From positions 1 to 38,323 of the IMG/VR virus record IMGVR_UViG_3300042290_000064: a stretch of 38,323 bases of DNA. One strand, given 5' to 3'. This document shows, in pieces, positions 17,804 through 25,877 of this stretch. The translations under genes were made by a program, and so were the position numbers. Each line of letters starts with the position of its first letter. Within the stretch, counting starts at the first letter, position 1. A model generated the notes under the pieces. It worked only from the letters and a program-made list of their open reading frames with translations. It was not told the DNA's origin and searched no databases. This DNA comes from a virus (lineage: Duplodnaviria; Caudoviricetes).

Positions 17804-19669
17804 CTACCAGTTGTTGACGAATCCAGGCCCGGCCGCAGCAGGTGCCGCAGGCTGTTGTTTCGATCTTAGCGGCGCCTTCTTCCCATGCTCAAGCTGATCC
17901 GCCAGTTGCTGCCACATCGTTGCTCGGTTCATCCGCCGCGAGAACAGCAACATCGCCGCGTAGGCATAGACCACGCAGTCCAGCGCCTCGTTCCGATCAC
18001 CTGCTTTCTTCACCCACTCCCGAATCGGAAACCCGCGGTGATACCGCAATGCCTGCCGTTCGCTGGTTAGTTGCTTGAAATACTCCTCGTCCGCAGCCAT
18101 GCCGAAATGCAGTGTCCCAATGCCACCTGCTTCGTTGTGCCGCAACCGGCCGAACAGCGTCGTCTTGATCGTGTCGGTTCCCAGCTGATACAACGTGACA
18201 CCACGCTTCAACACCCGGCCCTGCCAGCTCACGTCGACCTTGTTGCCCTTGCCTACCGCCGGGCTGTTGCGTCTGCTGCTGCCCTTGATCGCCACCACGT
18301 TCTGCCGCACGCGATCGCGTACATACCGATACACCTCATGGGTGCAGTGGCCGCCGCTATCCACCGCCACCTGCGACACCTTCAGCGCCTTGCCCGCAGC
18401 CGTTGCCCACTCGGTCACCAGCACCTGGTCCAGTTGGCCCCACACTTCCGTCTGAGTCGGGTCGCCCATCAGCTCCTGGTGCCACACCATCCAGCCGGTC
18501 TCGCCCTCGCCCCAGCCCCACACGCTCACCGCCAGTCGGTTGTCCTGCACGTCCACGCCGCACGTCAGCAGCACCACTCCATCGGGACACGTCCCTGGTT
18601 CATAGGCCAGCCGCTTCGCCATCAACCCGTCAGCGCTCACGGCCGCGGCGTAGTCCTCCTCCCAGGTCTCCGCCAGTCTGGTGTTCACAAATGCCTTCAG
18701 CGCTGGCGCGTCTGATTTCGCCCGCAGGAAGTCATCCACCAGCTGCTCCCAACTGCACCACCCCAGCGGGCTATAAAGCCCCGACAGATGGAAGCCAGCC
18801 GTCCTGCCATCGCTCGGTGCCGTCGCGCGCCACTCACCAGCAGCCAGCATCGCCGGCTTGTGGTTCTCCTCGAACCGTTCGCCGCAGTGCTCGCACTGAT
18901 ACCTGACATCACCCGGTCGCTTTGCGTCCCACTTCAGCCGCGGCCATTGCAGCCACTGCATCCCGCCGCAGCTCGGGCACGGCACATAGAAGCGCCGCTG
19001 ATCGCTGCGTAGGTACTCCGCTTCGATCCGGCTGAAGTCCTTCACCGTTGGCGTGCTGGTCAGCAGGATCTTGCGCCTAGCGAACGTCGTCGTCCTGCGC
19101 TCAGCCAATGCCACCGGGTCGCCCTCGCCATCCACATCACTGGGGTAAGCGTCCACCTCATCAGCGAACAGGTAACGGCATGGCGCAGATCTGAGCCCCG
19201 TGCTGCTGTTCGCCCCGGTCAGCAGCATGATCCCGCCGCTGAAGTCTTTGCTGAACATCGTGTTCCCCGAATCCCTCGCCCTCGATGGCGCGATCTTTGC
19301 CGCCAGGCATGGCGTGTCGGTGATCATGCTCTCGAGCCGTTGCTTGCTCAGTCGTTTCGCCATCTCCACCGTTGGCTGCACGCACAGCATCGGCCCTGGC
19401 GCGTGGTCGATCACATACCCCAGCCAGTTGCTGCCCGCCTCTGTCTTGCCCGTCTGCGCCGCGAACATCATCACCACCCGCTGAACGCTGCTGGTCGTGC
19501 TCAGGCAGTCCATAGGCTCCCGCAGGTACGGCGTCCGGTTGGTGCGCCACGGCCCAGGCTCTGCGCTGGCCTTGCTGCTCAGTCGCCGGTGCTTGTCCGA
19601 CCACTCGCTCACCGTCAGCGGCTGCTCAGGTCGCAGCCCGTCCATGAAGGCCGTGCGCCAGACGCTCAT
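17804..19669 (-). CDS. terL: Terminase large subunit, lambda GpA family
   Basis: GPWRT..TPYLREPMD, Walker A AAQTGKTE, Walker B LFADEVD, STPT, CPSC/CEHC zinc motifs, GVDVQ, DSGG, RNEALDC.VYA. Confidence 0.96.
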   Translation of the reverse strand: MSVWRTAFMDGLRPEQPLTVSEWSDKHRRLSSKASAEPGPWRTNRTPYLREPMDCLSTTSSVQRVVMMFAAQTGKTEAGSNWLGYVIDHAPGPMLCVQPTVEMAKRLSKQRLESMITDTPCLAAKIAPSRARDSGNTMFSKDFSGGIMLLTGANSSTGLRSAPCRYLFADEVDAYPSDVDGEGDPVALAERRTTTFARRKILLTSTPTVKDFSRIEAEYLRSDQRRFYVPCPSCGGMQWLQWPRLKWDAKRPGDVRYQCEHCGERFEENHKPAMLAAGEWRATAPSDGRTAGFHLSGLYSPLGWCSWEQLVDDFLRAKSDAPALKAFVNTRLAETWEEDYAAAVSADGLMAKRLAYEPGTCPDGVVLLTCGVDVQDNRLAVSVWGWGEGETGWMVWHQELMGDPTQTEVWGQLDQVLVTEWATAAGKALKVSQVAVDSGGHCTHEVYRYVRDRVRQNVVAIKGSSRRNSPAVGKGNKVDVSWQGRVLKRGVTLYQLGTDTIKTTLFGRLRHNEAGGIGTLHFGMAADEEYFKQLTSERQALRYHRGFPIREWVKKAGDRNEALDCVVYAYAAMLLFSRRMNRATMWQQLADQLEHGKKAPLRSKQQPAAPAAAGPGFVNNW

Positions 19670-20355
19670 GCGAACAGATCGGCCTGTGCGCAGAACCCTT
19701 GCGCGTCCGCAATGCGGCGCTGCGACAGCTCGAGGAACTCTGGTTCGCGCTCAATGCCCACGAAGCGGTAGCCCGCCTGCACGGCGACCACGCCGGTGGT
19801 GCCGCTGCCCATAAACGGGTCCAACACCACGCCGCCCTCAGGTGGCGCCAGCAGGTCCAGCGCACGCTGGATCAGCTCAACGGGCTTCTCTGCCTGGTGC
19901 CCGGTCTTGCGATTTTGTGGTCCCCACTTCACGCGCCACACGTCATAGACCGAGCGGTTCACCGGCTTCCACTCCGGCATCCTCGCGGCAACAAAGCACT
20001 CGTAGGAGTGGCGCAGCATGTAGCCCATTCCGAGCTGCTCCTTGTCCGACACGCCAATTCCGCCAAAGGCAAGTGGTGAGCCGCAAGCTGCGCGCTCGCA
20101 CGCCATCGCTCCGCGCCAGTCAATCGTGAGAAAAGCTGCGCCGGTAGGCTTCAGCACTCGCGCCAATTCTCCCCAGACTTGACGCATCCAAAGGTCGAAG
20201 AACTGCCGCTCATCTGGAATGGCTGCAGAAGTGCTAACCCTGCTGCTACCTGTGCCGGTGTTGGCATAGGGCGGATCCGTGATCACCGCATCGACCGACG
20301 CCGTTTCCAGCGTGGCCAGCACCTCCAAGCAGTCGCCTAGGCGTAGATCGATCAT
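19666..20355 (-). CDS. DNA N6-adenine/N4-cytosine methyltransferase (beta class)
   Basis: LGDCLEVL; motif IV TDPPY precedes H.AEKPVEL and motif I VLDPFMGSGTT; ATG 20355 has GGAGG upstream. Confidence 0.92.
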   Translation of the reverse strand: MIDLRLGDCLEVLATLETASVDAVITDPPYANTGTGSSRVSTSAAIPDERQFFDLWMRQVWGELARVLKPTGAAFLTIDWRGAMACERAACGSPLAFGGIGVSDKEQLGMGYMLRHSYECFVAARMPEWKPVNRSVYDVWRVKWGPQNRKTGHQAEKPVELIQRALDLLAPPEGGVVLDPFMGSGTTGVVAVQAGYRFVGIEREPEFLELSQRRIADAQGFCAQADLFA

Positions 20356-20359
20356 CGGC

Positions 20360-20896
20360 TCAGTCTGCCTCCACCATCGCCAGCAACGCATCACGATGCT
20401 CATCGCTCAGCAGCTGGTGGATCACCGCCGGGTCGGTCTCACCCGCCAGCTGGTGGCTCAGCCGATCAGCCAGGTTGCTCAGCGCCTCGCGCACGCTCCG
20501 CCCGATCTGGAACGCCTCCTTCTTCACCTCATCCGCCGGCACCAGCTCCTTGCGTTTCAGATCCACCTCCAGCTTGGCCAACTCCGCCTGGTAATGCTCG
20601 CGCCGCGCACGACTCTCATTCAGCTCAGGGATCTCATCATCAGGCAATCCCTCCACCCGTCGTCGCAGCTCCTGCGCATCCCTCGGCGGTGATTCCACTG
20701 GGTCCGGGTCATCCACCTTCGCCGCGTTGTTCTTCAGTGTGTTCTTCCGCCACAACTCCAGCGCCAGATCCCGATCCAGCCACCGCTTGCCGTCCTTCTC
20801 CATCACTGCTGCGGCAATCCGACTCTTGGTTGCATGAGTCACCGCCGCCTTCGTGCAGCCCTTGATCGCAGCGAACTCAGAAAACGTGACCAGCAA
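20360..20896 (-). CDS. terS: Terminase small subunit (Nu1-like)
   Basis: N-terminal wHTH-like region (FSEFAAIKGCTKAAVT), coiled coil ESRARREHYQAELAKL...ELV; upstream of the GpA-type terL. Confidence 0.85.
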   Translation of the reverse strand: MLVTFSEFAAIKGCTKAAVTHATKSRIAAAVMEKDGKRWLDRDLALELWRKNTLKNNAAKVDDPDPVESPPRDAQELRRRVEGLPDDEIPELNESRARREHYQAELAKLEVDLKRKELVPADEVKKEAFQIGRSVREALSNLADRLSHQLAGETDPAVIHQLLSDEHRDALLAMVEAD

Positions 20897-21018
20897 AGTT
20901 AAGCAAAAGCTAGGCTTAGTTAACTGATGCTAAACCGCGCTAAACCCGTTCGGGGTATCTTGAAGCAAGATTCGCCGAGATCCCTTGCGGCGCAAGGGTT
21001 TATGGGGATTGACCGCTG

Positions 21019-21076
21019 GCGCTAGCGCTTTTCTGCGGTCTGCGATCACCCGCGAAAAATCTGGCAGGGAGGACCC
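21019..21076 (-). other. Putative cos site (cosQ-like GGGTCCT followed by a cosN-like dyad)
   Basis: Minus-strand GGGTCCT at 21076-21070, then the dyad TTTTCGCGGGT-N8-ACCGCAGAAAA (21058-21029), in the gap just upstream of terS. Confidence 0.65.
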
Positions 21077-21100
21077 AAAAAGGCCTGGCAGGAGGGGGTC

Positions 21101-21769
21101 TTAACGAGCCGAGGCCAGCGCACGCTCCAAGGAGCTGCGGAGGTATGAACCAAAGCGCCTCTCGACCACCTTCTGGCCGATGTCGTTGATGGGGAAGATC
21201 GGCCGATAGTTGGCTGATGGCACCGCAATGAACAGGGGCCTGAGGCGACCACGAGCAGCGCGCTGGTAAACGCCTGGCGGCTTGTTGCCACCGGGTGGCG
21301 TGCCGACAAATACCCCATTACGCCCAAGCTGCCCAACCTGCCCTGATATGCGCTTGATAGCGGCCAGAGACACGTTGCCTGCAGCGTTGCGCTTGATTGC
21401 TGCGGGGATCAGCTTGCTGCCGCTTGGGATGGCGCCTGTGGCCTGTGCAAGCAGGCGCGCCTCGAATGGCTTGGTGCCACGCCTACCGCCCGTGATGTTG
21501 GCCCTGAGGTAAGGCTCACGCTTGGCTTCGGGGAAGATCGTGACCGCGAGGCTGCGCTTGGTGCTCTTGTCGACCCGCCATGCGTTCTGGATGAACGGGG
21601 TGGGGTTGTTGAAGTATTGGCGGGATGCGCCCTTGAGTGAGCCGCGGATGTCGAAGCCAGTGCTGTTCAGCGCCTGGCTGATGGCGAATGGCAGCTGCTT
21701 GGTCATGGCATCCGTCCACCGGATGGCCTTGGGCAGCTCTGACTTGATGTCGAGGGTGATGGTTGCCAT
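21101..21769 (-). CDS. Minor tail protein Z-like protein
   Basis: Basic 222-aa protein with KQLPFAISQALNSTG, resembling the gpZ-family N-terminus. Confidence 0.6.
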   Translation of the reverse strand: MATITLDIKSELPKAIRWTDAMTKQLPFAISQALNSTGFDIRGSLKGASRQYFNNPTPFIQNAWRVDKSTKRSLAVTIFPEAKREPYLRANITGGRRGTKPFEARLLAQATGAIPSGSKLIPAAIKRNAAGNVSLAAIKRISGQVGQLGRNGVFVGTPPGGNKPPGVYQRAARGRLRPLFIAVPSANYRPIFPINDIGQKVVERRFGSYLRSSLERALASAR

Positions 21770-21826
21770 GTGGTCAGGGTAGGGCGAGCGGCCGGCCTCA
21801 GCCAGTGAATAGGGGTGAGATCAGGC

Positions 21827-22091
21827 TGTGACAGCTGTAACGCGGTGTTACAGGAGGCGTTACACCGAGATCCCTTGCAGCACAGCAGCTTTCAGCCCCT
21901 TGTAACGATGTAACACCTTTTTAAAAATAGAAGCATTAGCAAGCAGCAGAGAGAGAGAGGAGGGGTGTCTCTGTATAAGGGTGTGGCTATATCCGCCAAA
22001 AACCGTTACAGCGTTACAACGGGGGCAAATCCCTTGCGGCGCAACGAGTTACGCCGTTACAAAACCCGGTTACAAGTCCCCAATCTGTAAC
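21827..22091. repeat. Putative replication origin: GTTACA/TGTAAC iterons flanking an AT-rich and purine-tract core
   Basis: TGTAAC at 21836, 21901, 21909, 22086; GTTACA at 21847, 21859, 22005, 22013, 22056, 22069; variants at 21828 and 22048; TTTTTTAAAAATAG core; immediately downstream of the primase-helicase. Confidence 0.75.
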
Positions 22092-24577
22092 GCCACAGCC
22101 CTGGAAACGGCCCCGCAACCCCTGAAACGCGTCGGCCCGGCTTTGGTCGCTCCCTTCAGCCTGGATAGGAGCGTGCCCCAGCTGTGGGACCACTGCGTAT
22201 CGCGGAGGATGGTGGCGACGGCCTCGGCGGTGTTGCTGATGTAGAGGGTTTTGTCATCGCTTTCGACCCTCAGTCCATGGCGCTCTAGCGTGTCCTTCGC
22301 CTGCCTGGTCTCCACGTCACGATCGGAGCGGTGATGGGCTGCGATCTCCACCAGCTCACCAAGGGTGCGGGTGAGGGTCTTCTCGTCGGTCTCGACGCGC
22401 ACCTGGTACTGAAGGATGCGCTGCAGGCATCGCTGCTCATCGGGCACCTCGGTTGTCTGGCTGTAGGGCTCCCAATCGTTCTGGTCGATCAGTGCCCGCG
22501 CTTCATCGTCTGTGGCCACCTGGCTCGACATGAGCGACCAGGCGCCAGCGAGGAGCGTGCCGTACTGATCACCAAGGCGTTGTGAGTCGAAGCGCTCAGC
22601 GGCCACGCGAGTGAACACCCGCACGCTGGCTCTGATGGTTGGTATCAGGTTGACGGTGCGGGCAATGAGGCGTCGGGCGATGTCTGAACTGATGTGCTTG
22701 TCGAGGTCGCGGTCCAGCTGCTCCCAGTGCTTGGTGCGCTCATCCTTGGGCAGCTCGTTAGGCGAGCGAAGGGTGAGCTGCGCAAAGCGGCTGCGATCGG
22801 CGCCTTGCTTTAAAGCGGTGGCAATGGATGACATCAGGAACATCGAGCGGATGTTGAAGCGGGTCACATCACCACCGGGGCTGCCCTTGATGAGGGTGGC
22901 GTGCGACTCACTGGACGCAACGCGAGCCAAGGAGAGGATGTTCTGCATCCGCACCTGATCGGCCTTCTCGTTGGACTCGGCCTCATCGAACACGACAGGC
23001 AGCGCATCACAGCGCAGCGTCTGGCGCAGGCCGGCCTCGGTGGTGTTGCCAGCAACGATCAGCCCCATGTCGGCCAGAAGGGGCGCGACATAGCGATCGA
23101 GGATGGCGGACTTGCCTGATCCCGCTGCAGCCGTAAGCCAGACATGGGGGCGCCATGGGAGAGCACCGCAGATCGGCGCAAGGGTTACCCAGCCGGCGAG
23201 CAACATGCCAGATGCAGGCACCTCCCAGTGGAAGCGTTCCGCGATCTCGCAAAGCATCAACGCTTCGGCATCGGTAAGGGGTGACTCCTCGCCGGGGCCG
23301 GCCAGCTCTGGCATCCGGTGATACAGGTAGCTGGAGTCGAATGGCTTGAGGACGGGGTGACGCTTGCCATCGACCACCAGCTGATCGCCGAGGTGGAGGA
23401 TGGTGCGCTTGTTGTCCCACCATGCGCCGCGGCCACGGATGCGGTCGGGGTTGTAAACGCCACGTTCGGCGCTGATAGCGAAGAGGGTGGCCGCTGCTTG
23501 GGTCCAGTCGATCCCGCCGCGTTCGTTGGGGCATAGCTGGCGCCAGTAGTTCAGGCCAGCCAGTGATGCGAGGTTGGTGGATGTGTGCGCTGCGCGAGTG
23601 AGGCGCACTACTTGGCCGGTGTTGTGGGGGCGGTAGTAGTAGGCGTCACCGTCGAAGCCGAGGCAGGTGAAGTGATCGTTAGCGTCGAGATCAGGCAGCT
23701 TGGGCTCGGGTTCGGGCTCATGCTCGACCAGCAGCTGGGCAGGGGGTTCGGGGTCCAGCTCTAGCGGCGCGGAGATGTTGGCCTTGACGTAGGCCGCGGC
23801 CTCATCGGGTGACCATGTGGCATCAGCCAGATCCCAGCCCTCAGGGGCGTCGGGTGGTGGGGTGACCATCTGCGCCCGATCGACTGGGAGACGGAGCAGC
23901 AGCTGTGCGAGGCGATCCATCGCCTGCTGACCAACAGCATCGGCATCAGGCCAGAGGATGATCCGCCGGCCGGTAAGCGGCGACCAGTCAGCTTTGTCGA
24001 TCGCCTTACAGCCCGATGGCCAGGTAGTGACGACAGCCTTCGGGTAGAGCTTGGCCGCGGCATCGGCCGCCTTCTCGCCTTCAACGATCAACACGGTGCC
24101 AGTGCGCGCACGGAGCTGGTCGAGGTTCAGCAGCGGCCGCGGGGCCGGTGGTGCCTTCCATTCCCAACCGCTGCCGGACCACCAGAGGGGGCGAATCTTC
24201 TTGCCCGGGAAGCGGCACACCATGAAGGTGTCGCTATAGCGCCAGACGTGCTCGGCGCCTTTGGTAGGGGCTTCTGGCCGCTGTGGCGTGATGCCGAGGT
24301 GCTGCTCAATGCGCTGGGCGGCCTCCTTAAAGGTCCAGCCGGTGCGGCGCAGCAGCAGGTCCATGCCGGAGCCACCGCCGCCGGTTTCCGATGGGCCGCC
24401 GCATTTGTTGCAGAACCATGAGCCGGTGCCGTCCTGATCATCAAAGCGATAGCGATCCTTGCCACCGCAAAGCGGGCAGGGCTGATGCTTGTCGGTCAGC
24501 TGCTCGCTGGTGATGCCTGCAAGGGCGCCAAGGATCGACGGCCAGTGGCCGTTGGCGTGATCTGTGATCTTGGTCAT
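22070..24577 (-). CDS. Primase-helicase, P4 alpha-like (Zn ribbon, TOPRIM, P-loop helicase)
   Basis: HQPCPLCGGKDRYRF..WFCNKC, LIVEGEKAADA, WPDADAVG, GWDLAD, Walker A AAAGSGKS, VVFDEAE. Confidence 0.9.
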   Translation of the reverse strand: MTKITDHANGHWPSILGALAGITSEQLTDKHQPCPLCGGKDRYRFDDQDGTGSWFCNKCGGPSETGGGGSGMDLLLRRTGWTFKEAAQRIEQHLGITPQRPEAPTKGAEHVWRYSDTFMVCRFPGKKIRPLWWSGSGWEWKAPPAPRPLLNLDQLRARTGTVLIVEGEKAADAAAKLYPKAVVTTWPSGCKAIDKADWSPLTGRRIILWPDADAVGQQAMDRLAQLLLRLPVDRAQMVTPPPDAPEGWDLADATWSPDEAAAYVKANISAPLELDPEPPAQLLVEHEPEPEPKLPDLDANDHFTCLGFDGDAYYYRPHNTGQVVRLTRAAHTSTNLASLAGLNYWRQLCPNERGGIDWTQAAATLFAISAERGVYNPDRIRGRGAWWDNKRTILHLGDQLVVDGKRHPVLKPFDSSYLYHRMPELAGPGEESPLTDAEALMLCEIAERFHWEVPASGMLLAGWVTLAPICGALPWRPHVWLTAAAGSGKSAILDRYVAPLLADMGLIVAGNTTEAGLRQTLRCDALPVVFDEAESNEKADQVRMQNILSLARVASSESHATLIKGSPGGDVTRFNIRSMFLMSSIATALKQGADRSRFAQLTLRSPNELPKDERTKHWEQLDRDLDKHISSDIARRLIARTVNLIPTIRASVRVFTRVAAERFDSQRLGDQYGTLLAGAWSLMSSQVATDDEARALIDQNDWEPYSQTTEVPDEQRCLQRILQYQVRVETDEKTLTRTLGELVEIAAHHRSDRDVETRQAKDTLERHGLRVESDDKTLYISNTAEAVATILRDTQWSHSWGTLLSRLKGATKAGPTRFRGCGAVSRAVALQIGDL

Positions 24578-24732
24578 GCCTTGGCCTGCTCCTGCATGGC
24601 TGCAGCAATGAGCTGCCGGACAAAGCCAGAGCGCGAGACAAGGGCTATAGATGCCTGCCTATCAAGCCAAGAAATCTGCTGCGGGGGCAGGTCAAGCGTG
24701 ATGGTGCGGCGCTGCGGGCGCTTTGGCTGCAT
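24574..24732 (-). CDS. Ribbon-helix-helix (CopG-like) DNA-binding protein
   Basis: MQPKRPQRRTITLDLPPQQISWLDRQA...SRSGFVRQLI; stop overlaps the primase start. Confidence 0.7.
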   Translation of the reverse strand: MQPKRPQRRTITLDLPPQQISWLDRQASIALVSRSGFVRQLIAAAMQEQAKA

Positions 24733-24759
24733 TGGTTGCGCTGGGGGATCGCTGGGGTT

Positions 24760-24787
24760 ACTGTAGCGTGGATCTTGCATTTGCCAA
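24760..24787 (-). promoter_or_regulatory. Putative sigma70 promoter for the RHH-primase unit (TTGGCA-16-TACAGT)
   Basis: Hexamers read on the minus strand at 24787-24782 and 24765-24760. Confidence 0.4.
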
Positions 24788-24790
24788 CCG

Positions 24791-25534
24791 GTGCCCGCCT
24801 TCAGATCACAGCTTGAAATCAAAGTTGCCAGCGAACTGGATCACCAAGGCGTCGCTTGGCAGTACGAGGCGTCAGTAAGGCTGCCCAACGGCCGGTCGCT
24901 TCGGTACTTGCCGGACTTCACGATCAGGACTGCAAGTCATCTGTTGATGCTGCCTCGTTGGGTTGAATGCAAGCCGCAAGACTTTTTGTATTCTTTGCGC
25001 GATCTGCTTGGCGTCACCCGCAAGCATGGCGATCGGTTTGCTGGCGAGATCGTTTGCGAAGGAGTCGCCTCTGATGACCTGCGCAGCATGTTGGTCGAGG
25101 AACTGTGGAAGCCGAAGCGACTGGCTGAAATAACCGGCGACTCGGTACTTGTTGTCGGAACTGTTGGAGGTGTGTCCAGCTTGTCCATTGAGATGGGACC
25201 AGCCTCTATCAAGTTCAGCCGCCAGCATCCATTTGTGAACTGGGTCGGCATTCAAAAAGCTAAAGAGCGGGAGCGGAAGCGCCTTGAATGGGAAGCAGAG
25301 GCTGCTGAACGTCAGCGCCTTTTTGAAGAGGATCAAAAGCGACAGCGCCAAGCCATGGCGCGTGAACTTGAGGCAACCTTGGCCTTTCGCCACCTTGGGC
25401 CGACTAAGTGGAACAAAACTTGCTTTGGTTGCGGTTCTTTTGTCCAAGCAGGCCAAGGATCGCTGCGAAAAGTGCAGTTCACTGATGGGAGCCATGAGTG
25501 GCGCGTGTTGTGCTCTAGCTGCTGCCATCACTGA
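24791..25534 (+). CDS. PD-(D/E)xK nuclease (T7 endonuclease I-like N-terminus) with coiled coil and C-terminal Zn motif
   Basis: FRSQLEIKVASELD..GV.WQYE...YLPDF...WVECKP; charged helix ERERKRLEWEAEAAERQR; CFGC...CSSC. Confidence 0.75.
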   Translation: MPAFRSQLEIKVASELDHQGVAWQYEASVRLPNGRSLRYLPDFTIRTASHLLMLPRWVECKPQDFLYSLRDLLGVTRKHGDRFAGEIVCEGVASDDLRSMLVEELWKPKRLAEITGDSVLVVGTVGGVSSLSIEMGPASIKFSRQHPFVNWVGIQKAKERERKRLEWEAEAAERQRLFEEDQKRQRQAMARELEATLAFRHLGPTKWNKTCFGCGSFVQAGQGSLRKVQFTDGSHEWRVLCSSCCHH

Positions 25535-25877
25535 TGATCCGATTTGCATCCTCGATCGAACGCGCCACGCCAGCAATCCCACCAGCGCCATGCACGGCGC
25601 CAAGCCAGTGCTGCTGCTCAGGGCGGATGCGGCCGGTGGGGGTCTTCACCTCGATGGATGTGAACACGGCGAGCTGCTGGCCGACCATGTCGGGGGTGAT
25701 GGTGACGGTGCGCCAGCCGATCAGGTCTGCACTGCCGCGCGCGAGGCCAAAGGTGACAAGCCGGCCGGTGCGGGGGTCGGGCAAGGATCCGACCTGGTTG
25801 CGGAACAGGCGGGCATCAGGGCGGGTGCCAAGCGCGAGGCGGATCTGTTGCTGGAGAGTGGTCTCCTGGTTAGCCAT
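25515..25877 (-). CDS. VRR-NUC domain nuclease
   Basis: From ATG 25877: ETTLQQQIR...LFRNQVG...GSADLIG...SIEVKTPTGRIRPEQQHWL...GGIAGVARS. Confidence 0.88.
   Translation of the reverse strand: MANQETTLQQQIRLALGTRPDARLFRNQVGSLPDPRTGRLVTFGLARGSADLIGWRTVTITPDMVGQQLAVFTSIEVKTPTGRIRPEQQHWLGAVHGAGGIAGVARSIEDANRIISDGSS

Noticed and set aside
21836-21852. NtcA box
   Set aside because: The spacing is GTA-N9-TAC rather than N8, and two facing iterons explain it.
20897-22069. tRNA or structured ncRNA in the larger intergenic gaps
   Set aside because: No cloverleaf or T-loop signature was seen, and the symmetry is better explained by cos and ori elements; a covariance-model search was not possible.
21827-22091. 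CRISPR mini-array
   Set aside because: The repeats are only 6 bp, occur in both orientations and are irregularly spaced; no cas genes are present.
24872-25603. 243-aa minus-strand ORF as the real gene at this locus
   Set aside because: It has no motifs, whereas the + strand ORF has a clear PD-(D/E)xK signature and Zn motif.
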